From a virus: a stretch of 64,000 bases of DNA. The translations under genes were made by a program, and so were the position numbers. The notes under the pieces were generated by a model. It was given only the letters and a program-made list of their open reading frames with translations. It ran no database searches and was not told the origin of the DNA. Location: the IMG/VR virus record IMGVR_UViG_3300034121_000527, positions 29,973 through 93,972 of that record, one strand, 5' to 3'. This document shows positions 1 to 8,357 of the stretch, piece by piece. The first letter of the stretch is position 1. Each line of letters starts with the position of its first letter.

Positions 1-95
1 ACCTCCACTCCCTCATTGCATTTAGGGCATGCATAGTACCCTTTCGGGTATTGTGCTTTCTCTGTATCAGACATGAGAAACATTGTACTACTCAT
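1..95 (-). CDS. Partial small protein with CxxC (runs off window)
   Basis: Manual translation MSSTMFLMSDTEKAQYPKGYYACPKCNEGVE...; TGATG overlap with the upstream gene. Confidence 0.5.
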   Translation of the reverse strand, partial: MSSTMFLMSDTEKAQYPKGYYACPKCNEGVE

Positions 96-334
96 CAGAC
101 TGATTTGCGGCGCTTCCAAGTGATAGCAAAGAACTTGATATCCATTGCGTTCCATAATGGGGTGGCGGCCAAGGTTGTGATTGGCTTGGGGAAGTCAGCT
201 CGTTTACGAAGAGCATGGATCTGTTGCTTTGGGCAATTTAGGATCTCTGCTACTTCTGAAGTTCCAACAATGTCGCCAATGTTAATAAGCAACATATCAG
301 AGTCTAATTGAACTGTTATGGTGTTTTCATTCAT
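95..334 (-). CDS. AlpA/excisionase-like HTH DNA-binding protein
   Basis: VGTSEVAEILNCPKQQIHALRKRADFPKP...PLW matches the AlpA-type winged HTH pattern; SD AAGGAG upstream. Confidence 0.7.
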   Translation of the reverse strand: MNENTITVQLDSDMLLINIGDIVGTSEVAEILNCPKQQIHALRKRADFPKPITTLAATPLWNAMDIKFFAITWKRRKSV

Positions 335-417
335 ATTGTGCTCCTTATGAGGTGCCCATACCGGGCTTTGTTTAGATACTACAACACATTATTAACAATT
401 ACAACTACCGTTGTATA

Positions 418-963
418 TTATTTGCACTTACGAGTCCACGGTATAAACCCGCAACCCTTGTGGTCATCAAACCACCTATACATTTCCCAAGCCCACGTGA
501 AGTTCACTAATGGATCTTGAATCATGTCCCAATCTCCAAAGAAGTCTTCAACTTCGTTAGACCAAACTCTGTTGATCTGCAGTGGTCCATAATCTGAACC
601 GTTCCAGTTTGGGTGTCCTGGAATGATATTTAAGCAACGTGATTCTGACCACGCTTCTTCAAGAACATCTACTAGCAGTTCTTGGGGCCACCCAGCTTGT
701 AAAGCAATGGGGGCTAACTCTTCACATTTTGAACCAACTGGAACCAACGTAGTGGTTGTTGTGGTCTCGGGGATTGTAGTTGTCGTTTCAGGAACGACAG
801 TTGTTGTGGTTGTTTCTGGGATAGTGACCACAACAGTAGTTGTGATGGGGTTTTCTTGGATTTTTACTTTCTGTGATTCTGTACCGTTTGCCAGTGGTGC
901 GACGATTGCGATACTTGCGGCTAGTGCTACTAGTATAACTGGTTTAGAGTATTTAATTTTCAA
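418..963 (-). CDS. Secreted lytic transglycosylase (SLT/lysozyme-like) with Thr-rich linker
   Basis: N-terminal signal peptide, PETTTT repeats, catalytic ES (AWSESRC), DYGPLQIN motif, C-terminal PW. Confidence 0.8.
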   Translation of the reverse strand: MKIKYSKPVILVALAASIAIVAPLANGTESQKVKIQENPITTTVVVTIPETTTTTVVPETTTTIPETTTTTTLVPVGSKCEELAPIALQAGWPQELLVDVLEEAWSESRCLNIIPGHPNWNGSDYGPLQINRVWSNEVEDFFGDWDMIQDPLVNFTWAWEMYRWFDDHKGCGFIPWTRKCK

Positions 964-985
964 AAGCTAGCTCCTTGATAGGGGA

Positions 986-1023
986 TAAAAACAATGCCCA
1001 GCCTGAACTGGATTGGCTGGGCA
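986..1023 (-). terminator. Intrinsic terminator-like hairpin
   Basis: 9-bp stem TGCCCAGCC (995-1003)/GGCTGGGCA (1015-1023), followed by TTGTTTTT on the minus strand. Confidence 0.65.
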
Positions 1024-1061
1024 CTATCTATATTACCAAAGTGTTACGAGTACTAGCTACA

Positions 1062-1445
1062 TTACATGCTAGAAAGCTTGAAAACTAATGATTCTATGTC
1101 AAAATCTTGCCCTCTAGCAGGGAAAATGTCTAGTGTGACATGTTTCCTAACTACAACAGAGGCCTCTCTACACTTAGGGCATCTGCATCCTGAACGATAC
1201 ATTTCAAGAGATCCATGATGCATTCTTGCTGTACCACGTCTCTCCTGTGGTGTCAAGCCACCCCACAAACCCCAATGCTCTTCAATACCATAATCAAGAC
1301 AGCTTTGCCACACTGGACAAGTATTGCATACTGCCTTACCCACTTTGTAATAGGCGTTGTGGTTGGTCTCCTCTAATGGAGGGAAGAATAAGTTTGGGTG
1401 TAGCCCCTTGCACGGAGCTTCCTCCATCCAAGGTTTAGAGTTCAT
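1062..1445 (-). CDS. whiB: WhiB-family Fe-S transcription factor with C-terminal HG..Y..GCRC..C domain
   Basis: W...APC...FFP...CNTCPVWQSC...GLWGGLTPQER: four Cys plus the G[LV]WGG turn. Confidence 0.92.
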   Translation of the reverse strand: MNSKPWMEEAPCKGLHPNLFFPPLEETNHNAYYKVGKAVCNTCPVWQSCLDYGIEEHWGLWGGLTPQERRGTARMHHGSLEMYRSGCRCPKCREASVVVRKHVTLDIFPARGQDFDIESLVFKLSSM

Positions 1446-1759
1446 TCAGCTTCCCGACGAAACAAACACAAAGCAATAATTGCGTACGTAGCAATATCCA
1501 AAAGACTGTCTTCAACACCTTCGTTTTGAAGTGTTGACCCCTTGGCGTATGACTGGAGTCTTACAACTTTGTCATTTGCTCTGACCATGGCACCTACCCA
1601 CGGTGGTATGCCCCATTCTTGAGAAGCACTTACGTTGGCAAAGAAGTCCTCATCTGTTCCGTAGTCTGCACCCTTACGGCGATGCATTTCCATAACTTCG
1701 TAAAGAACCTTTTCAAATTCCGGATCACCAGTCATGATACACAGTTCCTTCAAATTCAT
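1442..1759 (-). CDS. DUF1599 / nucleotide-modification-associated domain protein
   Basis: K..DYG...ND K..RL...EGVEDSLLDIATYAII pattern. Confidence 0.75.
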   Translation of the reverse strand: MNLKELCIMTGDPEFEKVLYEVMEMHRRKGADYGTDEDFFANVSASQEWGIPPWVGAMVRANDKVVRLQSYAKGSTLQNEGVEDSLLDIATYAIIALCLFRREAE

Positions 1760-1928
1760 CTAAAAGTCTCCCTCCAATTAACGGGCTCGTAGTTAGAAAT
1801 GTAAAGAAACTCCAAGTAACTAAAAATGGCCAATCTATTCCGTTACTAGAGATAAGGTTAGTAAGTGTAGCTATGGTTGAAATTACAATAGCCATAAACA
1901 CTCGGCGTCTAGTTTGATATATGGTCAC
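1725..1928 (-). CDS. Small membrane protein
   Basis: Two hydrophobic segments; overlaps both neighbours in the operon. Confidence 0.6.
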   Translation of the reverse strand: MTIYQTRRRVFMAIVISTIATLTNLISSNGIDWPFLVTWSFFTFLTTSPLIGGRLLDEFEGTVYHDW

Positions 1929-2224
1929 TCTTGGTCACCATCTGATACATAAAAAAGTACATTGTATATCTCGTTAGTTAACCACTCAGCTGCCTTCTGC
2001 AGACCATCTTCTGATGAGATGTCCCAGTTAACCCAAAGAGTACAACCCTTGGTGCTTAGATAGCTCATTACTTCTTCTACCCCAATAACAGAGGTTTCAA
2101 TATTATTTCCAATAATGTTGTTACAGCCAGCGATATTCCCAGATTGGTAAGCATTATCACCAAAGTGTTGAACAGCACTTTCTGGATCAACTTTCTTACC
2201 GTCTCTCCACCATATCTTAGTCAT
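1925..2224 (-). CDS. Hypothetical protein with G/N-rich motif
   Basis: Strong SD AAGGAGG; contains QSGNIAGCNNIIGNN. Confidence 0.7.
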   Translation of the reverse strand: MTKIWWRDGKKVDPESAVQHFGDNAYQSGNIAGCNNIIGNNIETSVIGVEEVMSYLSTKGCTLWVNWDISSEDGLQKAAEWLTNEIYNVLFYVSDGDQE

Positions 2225-2264
2225 ATTTCCTCCTTATTGTGTTACTTGTATTCTATAGACTGGG

Positions 2265-3692
2265 TTAGCTTAAATCAATTACATCTTGGATAAATTGGTC
2301 TGTTTGATTTGGGCCCAATCCTCCACCAGGAAGCTGCCGAGCAGTTTCTCCGGCTTTGCTACCAAACAATCTAGAAAGTACCCCTGCGTTACCTCTTGCT
2401 TCTACTTCAATGCGCATAAGATCACGGGTGTCGGAGATGTTTTTAAACTTGTCAATTAGAGAGAATAACCTATCCATTTCTGATGACAAGGCGGGGTCAA
2501 GGCCCTGGCCCTCAAGCTCTTCGGCAAATCTTGCAAACAAAACTCGACTGGCTTGCATCTCAATCATTGCCTGCAGAACAGCATTTAACTGATCCTTAGA
2601 TCGTATTTCTACAGGTAACTTAAACCCACAATCTGAATGTTCCTTGAATGCAGGACAACGTGATGCAAGATAGCAACTATCACATTGTCGCAAAGGTCCA
2701 CTTTGATACCTAATGACAGGGGTTTCTGTAGGGGCGATTTCTATGTGTTCTCCCTGCTCAGAGCCACTTTGTGTACCCATTGAGATGATATGTTCTATGC
2801 CCATAACCGGTAGCAATAGACGCTCACTTTCGTGCCGCTTCTCTAGGTGGGAGATAGCAATATTACCCCCCTTGGAAACCGGTTTATCTACATTAGGTGA
2901 CATAGGGGGTATATCAACTATATCCCCCTCTTCTACCTCTCCAAACTCAGACTCATCATCAGTAACTTGAGGGTCATAGCCCAAAAATGTGGACTGTTCC
3001 CAAGCCTTCCAAGACTTGATTGCAAGTGACCCAACCGCTGTCACATTGTCTTCTAAGATTGCTTCGTAATCAATACCTAATCTTAAAATGTCCGCTCTGT
3101 GCTTCTTGCGAGAAGATTCTTTCTGCTGCGCAGGGTATCTATGGAGACCATGACCATCCCATACTTGGGTCTCACCATAGCGTATGGATGAGGTCCAAGA
3201 TCCAACTACAACAGCTTCCCAAGGGAGTGCTTGGATAACGTCAGGTTTACTTGTTAAACCATAAAGCTTTGCTCCCCAACGCTGTGAGAGTGACCGGATA
3301 CGCGGAAGTGTTTTAGAGTTTATGGCCTTGTCTGAGATAGCAGCTCTACCATAACGTTGGCATAACCATGCCAGTCTTTCTAAATCGTCGTCATCTGACC
3401 ATACCGGGACGTACTTATCTCCCAACCATTCCCCATCCATATCAGGACGCCCAATAACAACAGATAAGGAGTCGGCGTGGTCTCTTACAAAGGTTTCATA
3501 CTTATTGAGGTCCTCATCCCCCTCTGATGTATACACCAGAATTTCAGCAGAAGCAAACACCTCTTCAGGGTTAAACTCCTTACGTTTTGGGATGGGCAAG
3601 TGAGTAATGTTCACAGCTACTCTAGTTATTTCATTAGATATGAGCAGGTTTCTGTGGGTGCCTTTTTCGGCACCTCCAAAGAATATGTGCAT
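2265..3692 (-). CDS. TGT/DpdA-like barrel protein (degenerate catalytic motifs) with C-terminal Cys cluster and helical domain
   Basis: YVPVW...LERL..L..RY...AI, LYGLT.PD...LPW...SW.S..RYG resembles phage queuine-tRNA-ribosyltransferase-like proteins; CDSCYLASRC...C cluster. Confidence 0.5.
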   Translation of the reverse strand: MHIFFGGAEKGTHRNLLISNEITRVAVNITHLPIPKRKEFNPEEVFASAEILVYTSEGDEDLNKYETFVRDHADSLSVVIGRPDMDGEWLGDKYVPVWSDDDDLERLAWLCQRYGRAAISDKAINSKTLPRIRSLSQRWGAKLYGLTSKPDVIQALPWEAVVVGSWTSSIRYGETQVWDGHGLHRYPAQQKESSRKKHRADILRLGIDYEAILEDNVTAVGSLAIKSWKAWEQSTFLGYDPQVTDDESEFGEVEEGDIVDIPPMSPNVDKPVSKGGNIAISHLEKRHESERLLLPVMGIEHIISMGTQSGSEQGEHIEIAPTETPVIRYQSGPLRQCDSCYLASRCPAFKEHSDCGFKLPVEIRSKDQLNAVLQAMIEMQASRVLFARFAEELEGQGLDPALSSEMDRLFSLIDKFKNISDTRDLMRIEVEARGNAGVLSRLFGSKAGETARQLPGGGLGPNQTDQFIQDVIDLS

Positions 3693-4162
3693 TACTCTCT
3701 CCAGGTCTTCTCAGCAGCTTTTAGGGCTTGACTGTCTAATTCCTCAACCAAAACATCCCACTCTTTTATTATCTTCATGTTAGACCATTCAGGTCGTACC
3801 AAGTACGGGGATGCAATTAAAAGGGTAGCCATACCTAGTTTAAGTAGTTCTGCACAGGTTCTAGGATTGTTATCTACATACCACTCTGGTTTACCAAAAA
3901 TTGCACCAATACGGTTTATCTTTTCTGCCTGTAAAACAGGATCAGGTTCATCAAGCATTTCATAAAATGAAGGTTTTATTCCTTCTTTTTTAAGCCAATC
4001 TTCAAGTACTGGTCTGCTGTAGTCCTCATTAACTACTAGGCATATACGACCAAGTGACTGTTCATGCAACATACGCCAGATATACAACCCTTGTGAGTCT
4101 GGCTGGCGTAATGCTATGGAGTCTGCTGGGCGAGCCAATACAGAAAAGTTAAAAAGTATCAC
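3692..4162 (-). CDS. HAD-like fold hypothetical protein
   Basis: ILFNFSVLA (degenerate motif I) and WYVDNNP (motif IV-like). Confidence 0.45.
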   Translation of the reverse strand: MILFNFSVLARPADSIALRQPDSQGLYIWRMLHEQSLGRICLVVNEDYSRPVLEDWLKKEGIKPSFYEMLDEPDPVLQAEKINRIGAIFGKPEWYVDNNPRTCAELLKLGMATLLIASPYLVRPEWSNMKIIKEWDVLVEELDSQALKAAEKTWRE

Positions 4163-4617
4163 TAGTCATACATCTTTTTAGCAATACGATTCTTGTGAGT
4201 TACAAACTCTTGTGCTGGGCAGTAGTGGCAAAGGTACTGGCGGTTTTCTCTAGGAACACCAATCTTGCGACCAATGGTTTTGCTCTCATCTTCATAGTCA
4301 ATACACATGCCTGCTGGCCGGTTATGTCTACTAAAGCACTTAAGAGCTTCAACTTTTAGGTCATCTTTTAGTTCACGAACTTGCCATTCATTTTTAGCAA
4401 GTTCTTTATTGATCTGAGTTTCATCACCAAGTTTGTCCCAGGTGGCTTGATCACACCTAAGAATAAGGGATTTGTGGGCGTCTGGATCAGGGTTTGCGGC
4501 CTGACCAAGGTGCCTATTACACAGCTCTATAAGCTCCATGTCATACTGAACAGGACCTTCATAGTCCTTCATTCTGTACATGGTTCCACAGGTTTGACAC
4601 GTCAAAAGACGGGGCAT
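4162..4617 (-). CDS. Cys/His-rich putative metal-binding protein
   Basis: CQTC, C..H, C...HNRP...C, CHYC; SD AGGAG. Confidence 0.65.
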   Translation of the reverse strand: MPRLLTCQTCGTMYRMKDYEGPVQYDMELIELCNRHLGQAANPDPDAHKSLILRCDQATWDKLGDETQINKELAKNEWQVRELKDDLKVEALKCFSRHNRPAGMCIDYEDESKTIGRKIGVPRENRQYLCHYCPAQEFVTHKNRIAKKMYD

Positions 4618-4639
4618 GTTGTACTCCTAATTGTTTATA

Positions 4640-4864
4640 CTACTGCTTGTCTGCGTAGCCGTATTCGTAATCATCATCTGAGTTTACATTAACTCCACGC
4701 TTTTTGTCAACGACATTGTACTGTGTTTGAAGCATTTTTGCTCTGTCAAATACATGGCTTTCTTCAAGGTCACCACCACGGTCTGGGGTGATGCTCTTCA
4801 TTGTACCGTCTTGTTCTCCAAGCTTACGGTCACCATTCATTGATCTTGATGTATTAACTGCCAT
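4640..4864 (-). CDS. Hypothetical protein
   Basis: ORF with SD GAGGAGG, in operon. Confidence 0.65.
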   Translation of the reverse strand: MAVNTSRSMNGDRKLGEQDGTMKSITPDRGGDLEESHVFDRAKMLQTQYNVVDKKRGVNVNSDDDYEYGYADKQ

Positions 4865-4874
4865 TTTAACCTCC

Positions 4875-6560
4875 TCAGGTTCCTGGGCGTCGTGAACGTT
4901 GGCGGAAAGCCTGACGCTTCATTTCCATATCAGCTTGCCCAATTCCTTGCATTCCAACTCCCGCATAACCTGTTTGACCTTGGGTAAAGTCAGGAGTAGG
5001 GGCTTGTGGGTGACGTGATGGGCCTTGATAGCTTGGGTTACCAAAATCAGGACGTACTGCACCAGTAAGTGGGTTCATATCATGACGTCCTGGTTGTGGG
5101 CCCATTGGGGTCATTTGTGATGGGTCAAACCCCATGTTTTGTGATTGTTGCATAGCATATGCATTATAGCCGTTCATCTTACCCTGCCATGCATCATTGC
5201 TTGGAAGAGCACCTGGTCTTGCAGTTCTTCCAACTGGCCCACGTCCACCATAAGCACCTGGTGGAGTAGTGTTTTGAATAGGGGCAGCTGCGGGGTTACT
5301 ACCAACACCATTAACACCTATTGTTCTACCTGGTGTGTCTAATGCTTGCACCTGTGTTTGGGGTAGTCCTGTAGTTGCAGGGGGCTGTGCTGCTTGTGGT
5401 TGGCTAGCAACCGGGGTGTTACCTACACCACGTGCTTTTGCGTCTTCTAATCCTTTTAAAGCCGTTTGGGTGTATACATCTAGGTTACCTGGATTTTGGT
5501 TTACTCCAGGAGTTGCGGATTGTGTAGTGGGTTGTGCCATGCCTGGGGTGACTGGCGGTACAAAGCCAGCACCAGGAACACCATTACCAGCACCACGTGC
5601 TTTTGCTTCTGCTATGCCTTTTTCGGCAGTAGCTGTGTACACATCCACATTACGTGGAGCAGCTTGTTGTGGAGTGGCTGTTTGTTTTGGAGCAGCACCT
5701 GGTTTTGCTTTGGGTGCCCTAGGGGCGCGTGCCTTTTTAGCTGCAGGAGGTGCTGCACCTCCACCAGGGGGCGGGGGAGGGGGCGGAGGTCCACCTGGAG
5801 GTCCACCTGGAGGTCCACCTGGAGGGCCACCTGGAGGTCCACCTGGTGGGTTGTTGAACGGGCTGTTAGGGCCAAATGATAGGTTTAAACTGGATTGCCT
5901 TGCAAAGGCTCCTAAGTTGTTTTGGGTGCCAGATCCACTATTTATGTTTCCTAGAGCGCCCATGTTTCCAGACATGTCGTTTCCAACAAAGTTTCCAACA
6001 CTACCAGACATGTCATTACCTATAATATTATTGCCACCAGCTTTGTTGCCTGATTGACTCATGGCTCCTCCTCCTGAACTCTGTGTGGTCACGGGGGGTT
6101 GAACCGACCCAGACGCTCCTGAACTTTTCTCTGTCTTATCTTTTTTCATCTTGCCCGGTCCTCCAAAGAACTTTCTAATAGTAAATTCTTCGTTAGAACC
6201 ACTACCTTGGACTCTCCTACTATTATAGCTTGGGCCTGAATTGGGAACTCCAGTAGTTCCTGTTGCACTGCTTGCTTCATACCCAACTCTTCCATTACTA
6301 CCTAAGCTAGTATTAATGTCTCTTGCATAAGTAGAGCTAAACCCAGGATTGGCAGGGTTACTACCCATGGCCGGAGCACCCTGTATGGGGTTGATATTCC
6401 CACGTATTTCTCCAGAAGACTGCGCTCCACCTTGAGCATATGCTTGGCGCATTTGCCAAGAGCCCTCAAGAGTACCTTTGTTCCTTAGGTTCTGAGAGTA
6501 AAAGTCATGTGTAGGGGCTTTACCGTCATTCTGTGTATAAAAGTCTCCGTTGAAAGGCAT
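4875..6560 (-). CDS. Gly/Pro/Gln/Asn-rich intrinsically disordered protein
   Basis: 561-aa ORF, low complexity, PPGG repeats, internal duplicated motif. Confidence 0.75.
   Translation of the reverse strand: MPFNGDFYTQNDGKAPTHDFYSQNLRNKGTLEGSWQMRQAYAQGGAQSSGEIRGNINPIQGAPAMGSNPANPGFSSTYARDINTSLGSNGRVGYEASSATGTTGVPNSGPSYNSRRVQGSGSNEEFTIRKFFGGPGKMKKDKTEKSSGASGSVQPPVTTQSSGGGAMSQSGNKAGGNNIIGNDMSGSVGNFVGNDMSGNMGALGNINSGSGTQNNLGAFARQSSLNLSFGPNSPFNNPPGGPPGGPPGGPPGGPPGGPPPPPPPPGGGAAPPAAKKARAPRAPKAKPGAAPKQTATPQQAAPRNVDVYTATAEKGIAEAKARGAGNGVPGAGFVPPVTPGMAQPTTQSATPGVNQNPGNLDVYTQTALKGLEDAKARGVGNTPVASQPQAAQPPATTGLPQTQVQALDTPGRTIGVNGVGSNPAAAPIQNTTPPGAYGGRGPVGRTARPGALPSNDAWQGKMNGYNAYAMQQSQNMGFDPSQMTPMGPQPGRHDMNPLTGAVRPDFGNPSYQGPSRHPQAPTPDFTQGQTGYAGVGMQGIGQADMEMKRQAFRQRSRRPGT
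5785..5844. repeat. 5 x 12-bp tandem repeat GGAGGTCCACCT (encodes GGPP repeats)
   Basis: Five copies read directly; one has a single substitution. Confidence 0.95.
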
Positions 6561-6561
6561 G

Positions 6562-6855
6562 TTATACGTTTCCTAACGAGTTCATAGAGTACCGTCCAGT
6601 GGCTTCAAAGTCACCAGTGTTCATCTCTGGCATAACCGGCATACCTGAGATCCACGAACGATTGGTTACCCCATAGCGGCTCATACTAAAAATGTCCATA
6701 AGGTTAGGTGACTGCTTAATAAACCCACGAGTCTGTGGAAAAAGCTGTTGAGGAACAGTAGGGCGGATTGCACGTATGGTGTCGGGGTCGCTAATGGCGG
6801 CCTGTAAGGCCTGATCCACTAGAAACTCCTGACGTGACTGCCATGGACGTGCCAT
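6562..6855 (-). CDS. Hypothetical protein
   Basis: ORF with SD, tightly packed in operon. Confidence 0.65.
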   Translation of the reverse strand: MARPWQSRQEFLVDQALQAAISDPDTIRAIRPTVPQQLFPQTRGFIKQSPNLMDIFSMSRYGVTNRSWISGMPVMPEMNTGDFEATGRYSMNSLGNV

Positions 6856-6873
6856 TCTTATCCTTTAAATATG

Positions 6874-7071
6874 TTACCCAGTGTATCCTGGGTAACCTCT
6901 ACGGTTACCTAAACTGTTTTGCATTTTTGTAGATGTAGCTATTACATCTTTGTATTGCTCACTAATCTTTTCTGAAGTTTTAATTGCTTCTTCTAAAGAA
7001 AGACCTGGGTTAAGTCCTTCAACGTTAATCTTGTACCAAGCTTCAGCAATTGTCATGTGAGGCTTAATCAT
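6874..7071 (-). CDS. Hypothetical protein
   Basis: ORF with SD AAGGAG. Confidence 0.6.
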   Translation of the reverse strand: MIKPHMTIAEAWYKINVEGLNPGLSLEEAIKTSEKISEQYKDVIATSTKMQNSLGNRRGYPGYTG

Positions 7072-7096
7072 ATTGTGTTCTCCTTGTTGTGTTTAG

Positions 7097-7522
7097 TTAG
7101 TATCCGCCAACTCTAGGTGTTGGCTTTCCATAAGCATCTTGAATCATATTCTGGTGTCCATTAGCGCCGACAATTGAAGCTTGTCGTGCATTACTTCTAC
7201 CCATTGTTTGATTTTCTGGGTTCTTACCTGAGTTATTGGTACCCGTTCTAAGATCTCTATAATGGTCTTTAATTCCAGCCATATTTTCATTAGGAACAGC
7301 ATACGCCGCAGAACCTGAATAACCACGCTGACTGGTGGGAGCGTTATAAACTTTAGATGTACCCATGGGTGCTGCTACTCCTGCGGGGGTAGGATTAGCA
7401 GATTTTACAAGAGTACTAAGTTCGGGGGTACCCATATCGCCTGATGGTGCAAGTCTAGGAGTGTGAGGGTTATCTCCACGTCCGGCATTCCCGCCGCCTC
7501 TCATACTGTCTTTAATAGCCAT
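7097..7522 (-). CDS. Disordered G/N-rich hypothetical protein
   Basis: ORF with SD AAGGAG. Confidence 0.65.
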   Translation of the reverse strand: MAIKDSMRGGGNAGRGDNPHTPRLAPSGDMGTPELSTLVKSANPTPAGVAAPMGTSKVYNAPTSQRGYSGSAAYAVPNENMAGIKDHYRDLRTGTNNSGKNPENQTMGRSNARQASIVGANGHQNMIQDAYGKPTPRVGGY

Positions 7523-7552
7523 AATTTACTCCTTTGTTGATACACAAGTTTA

Positions 7553-8056
7553 TCATCTCCACGGGGGAGCAAGTGACTTTAATAAGCTTCTTCGTTGCAT
7601 GTCTACAACTTCTTCTTGAGGGCGGTCTAGGCCCCTAGGAATGCCTCTGGGACCAGCTTTACCATCATTAGTTAACCTTACTGGTTCAGCCCCTGGAGGG
7701 GCAAACTTGAGTCCTTGTGACTGTAGCACTAACCCTGTTTGTAGGTTGAACTCATCTGGCCAAACATAGTCACCGGCATTAATACGCTCACCCTTATGTA
7801 CACCACGTGTATAAGGACGACTATTAGTACGTTGTACAGCATTTAATATCTTGTCTTGTCTCCGGTTGGATGACATAGTTCCCAGGTAGCCGTCTGGGTA
7901 TTGCGTGTCAGGTGAACCACCCCATGCTGAAAGTTGTGCGTCTTTAGCACTACGAAAGGTAGGTGTAGGGCCTAGTAATGGTTGGCTCTCTGGAGTATAA
8001 GGGTCGTAACCCCCACCCCAGTCAGTGAATGTTTGCTGGTTTGGACTAGCGGCCAT
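7553..8056 (-). CDS. Hypothetical protein (possible virion protein)
   Basis: ORF with SD GGAG; YPDGYLGT and RGVHKGERI segments. Confidence 0.65.
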   Translation of the reverse strand: MAASPNQQTFTDWGGGYDPYTPESQPLLGPTPTFRSAKDAQLSAWGGSPDTQYPDGYLGTMSSNRRQDKILNAVQRTNSRPYTRGVHKGERINAGDYVWPDEFNLQTGLVLQSQGLKFAPPGAEPVRLTNDGKAGPRGIPRGLDRPQEEVVDMQRRSLLKSLAPPWR

Positions 8057-8195
8057 TTACTCCACCAAATGCCCCAAGAATTCCACCTTGTCCTCCACCA
8101 ACATTAGAAATTGGCTTAGGACGTGGAGCAACCTTCTTAACTACTTTTTTATTAAGCTTTTTCTTAGAAGTTGAAGAAGTCTTCTTTGAGGCCAT
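8046..8195 (-). CDS. 49-aa Lys-rich protein (not in ORF track)
   Basis: MASKKTSSTSKKKLNKKVVKKVAPRPKPISNVGGGQGGILGAFGGVNGR; SD AAGGA. Confidence 0.55.
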   Translation of the reverse strand: MASKKTSSTSKKKLNKKVVKKVAPRPKPISNVGGGQGGILGAFGGVNGR

Positions 8196-8325
8196 GACGG
8201 TCCTTTTCTTTACGTTTCTGTTTGCGTTCTAGCTTATCTTGTTCTTCGTAGATGTTATCAAACTCATCATCTAAATGTGGTGAATTAGCTAGCTTGCGCC
8301 AATCGTCATTATTATACTTACGCAT
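8164..8325 (-). CDS. 53-aa charged protein (not in ORF track)
   Basis: MRKYNNDDWRKLANSPHLDDEFDNIYEEQDKLERKQKRKEKDRHGLKEDFFNF fills the gap. Confidence 0.45.
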   Translation of the reverse strand: MRKYNNDDWRKLANSPHLDDEFDNIYEEQDKLERKQKRKEKDRHGLKEDFFNF

Positions 8326-8357
8326 TTTAGTAGTTTACACCTTATACCTATATTTGC

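Noticed and set aside
964-1061. c-di-AMP riboswitch upstream of the transglycosylase
   Set aside because: The gap is under 100 nt and holds only one simple hairpin
5335-6057. 240-aa plus-strand ORF and other long antisense ORFs (46468-47043, 58223-58768, 48278-48715)
   Set aside because: In-register shadows of low-complexity minus-strand genes with no independent motifs
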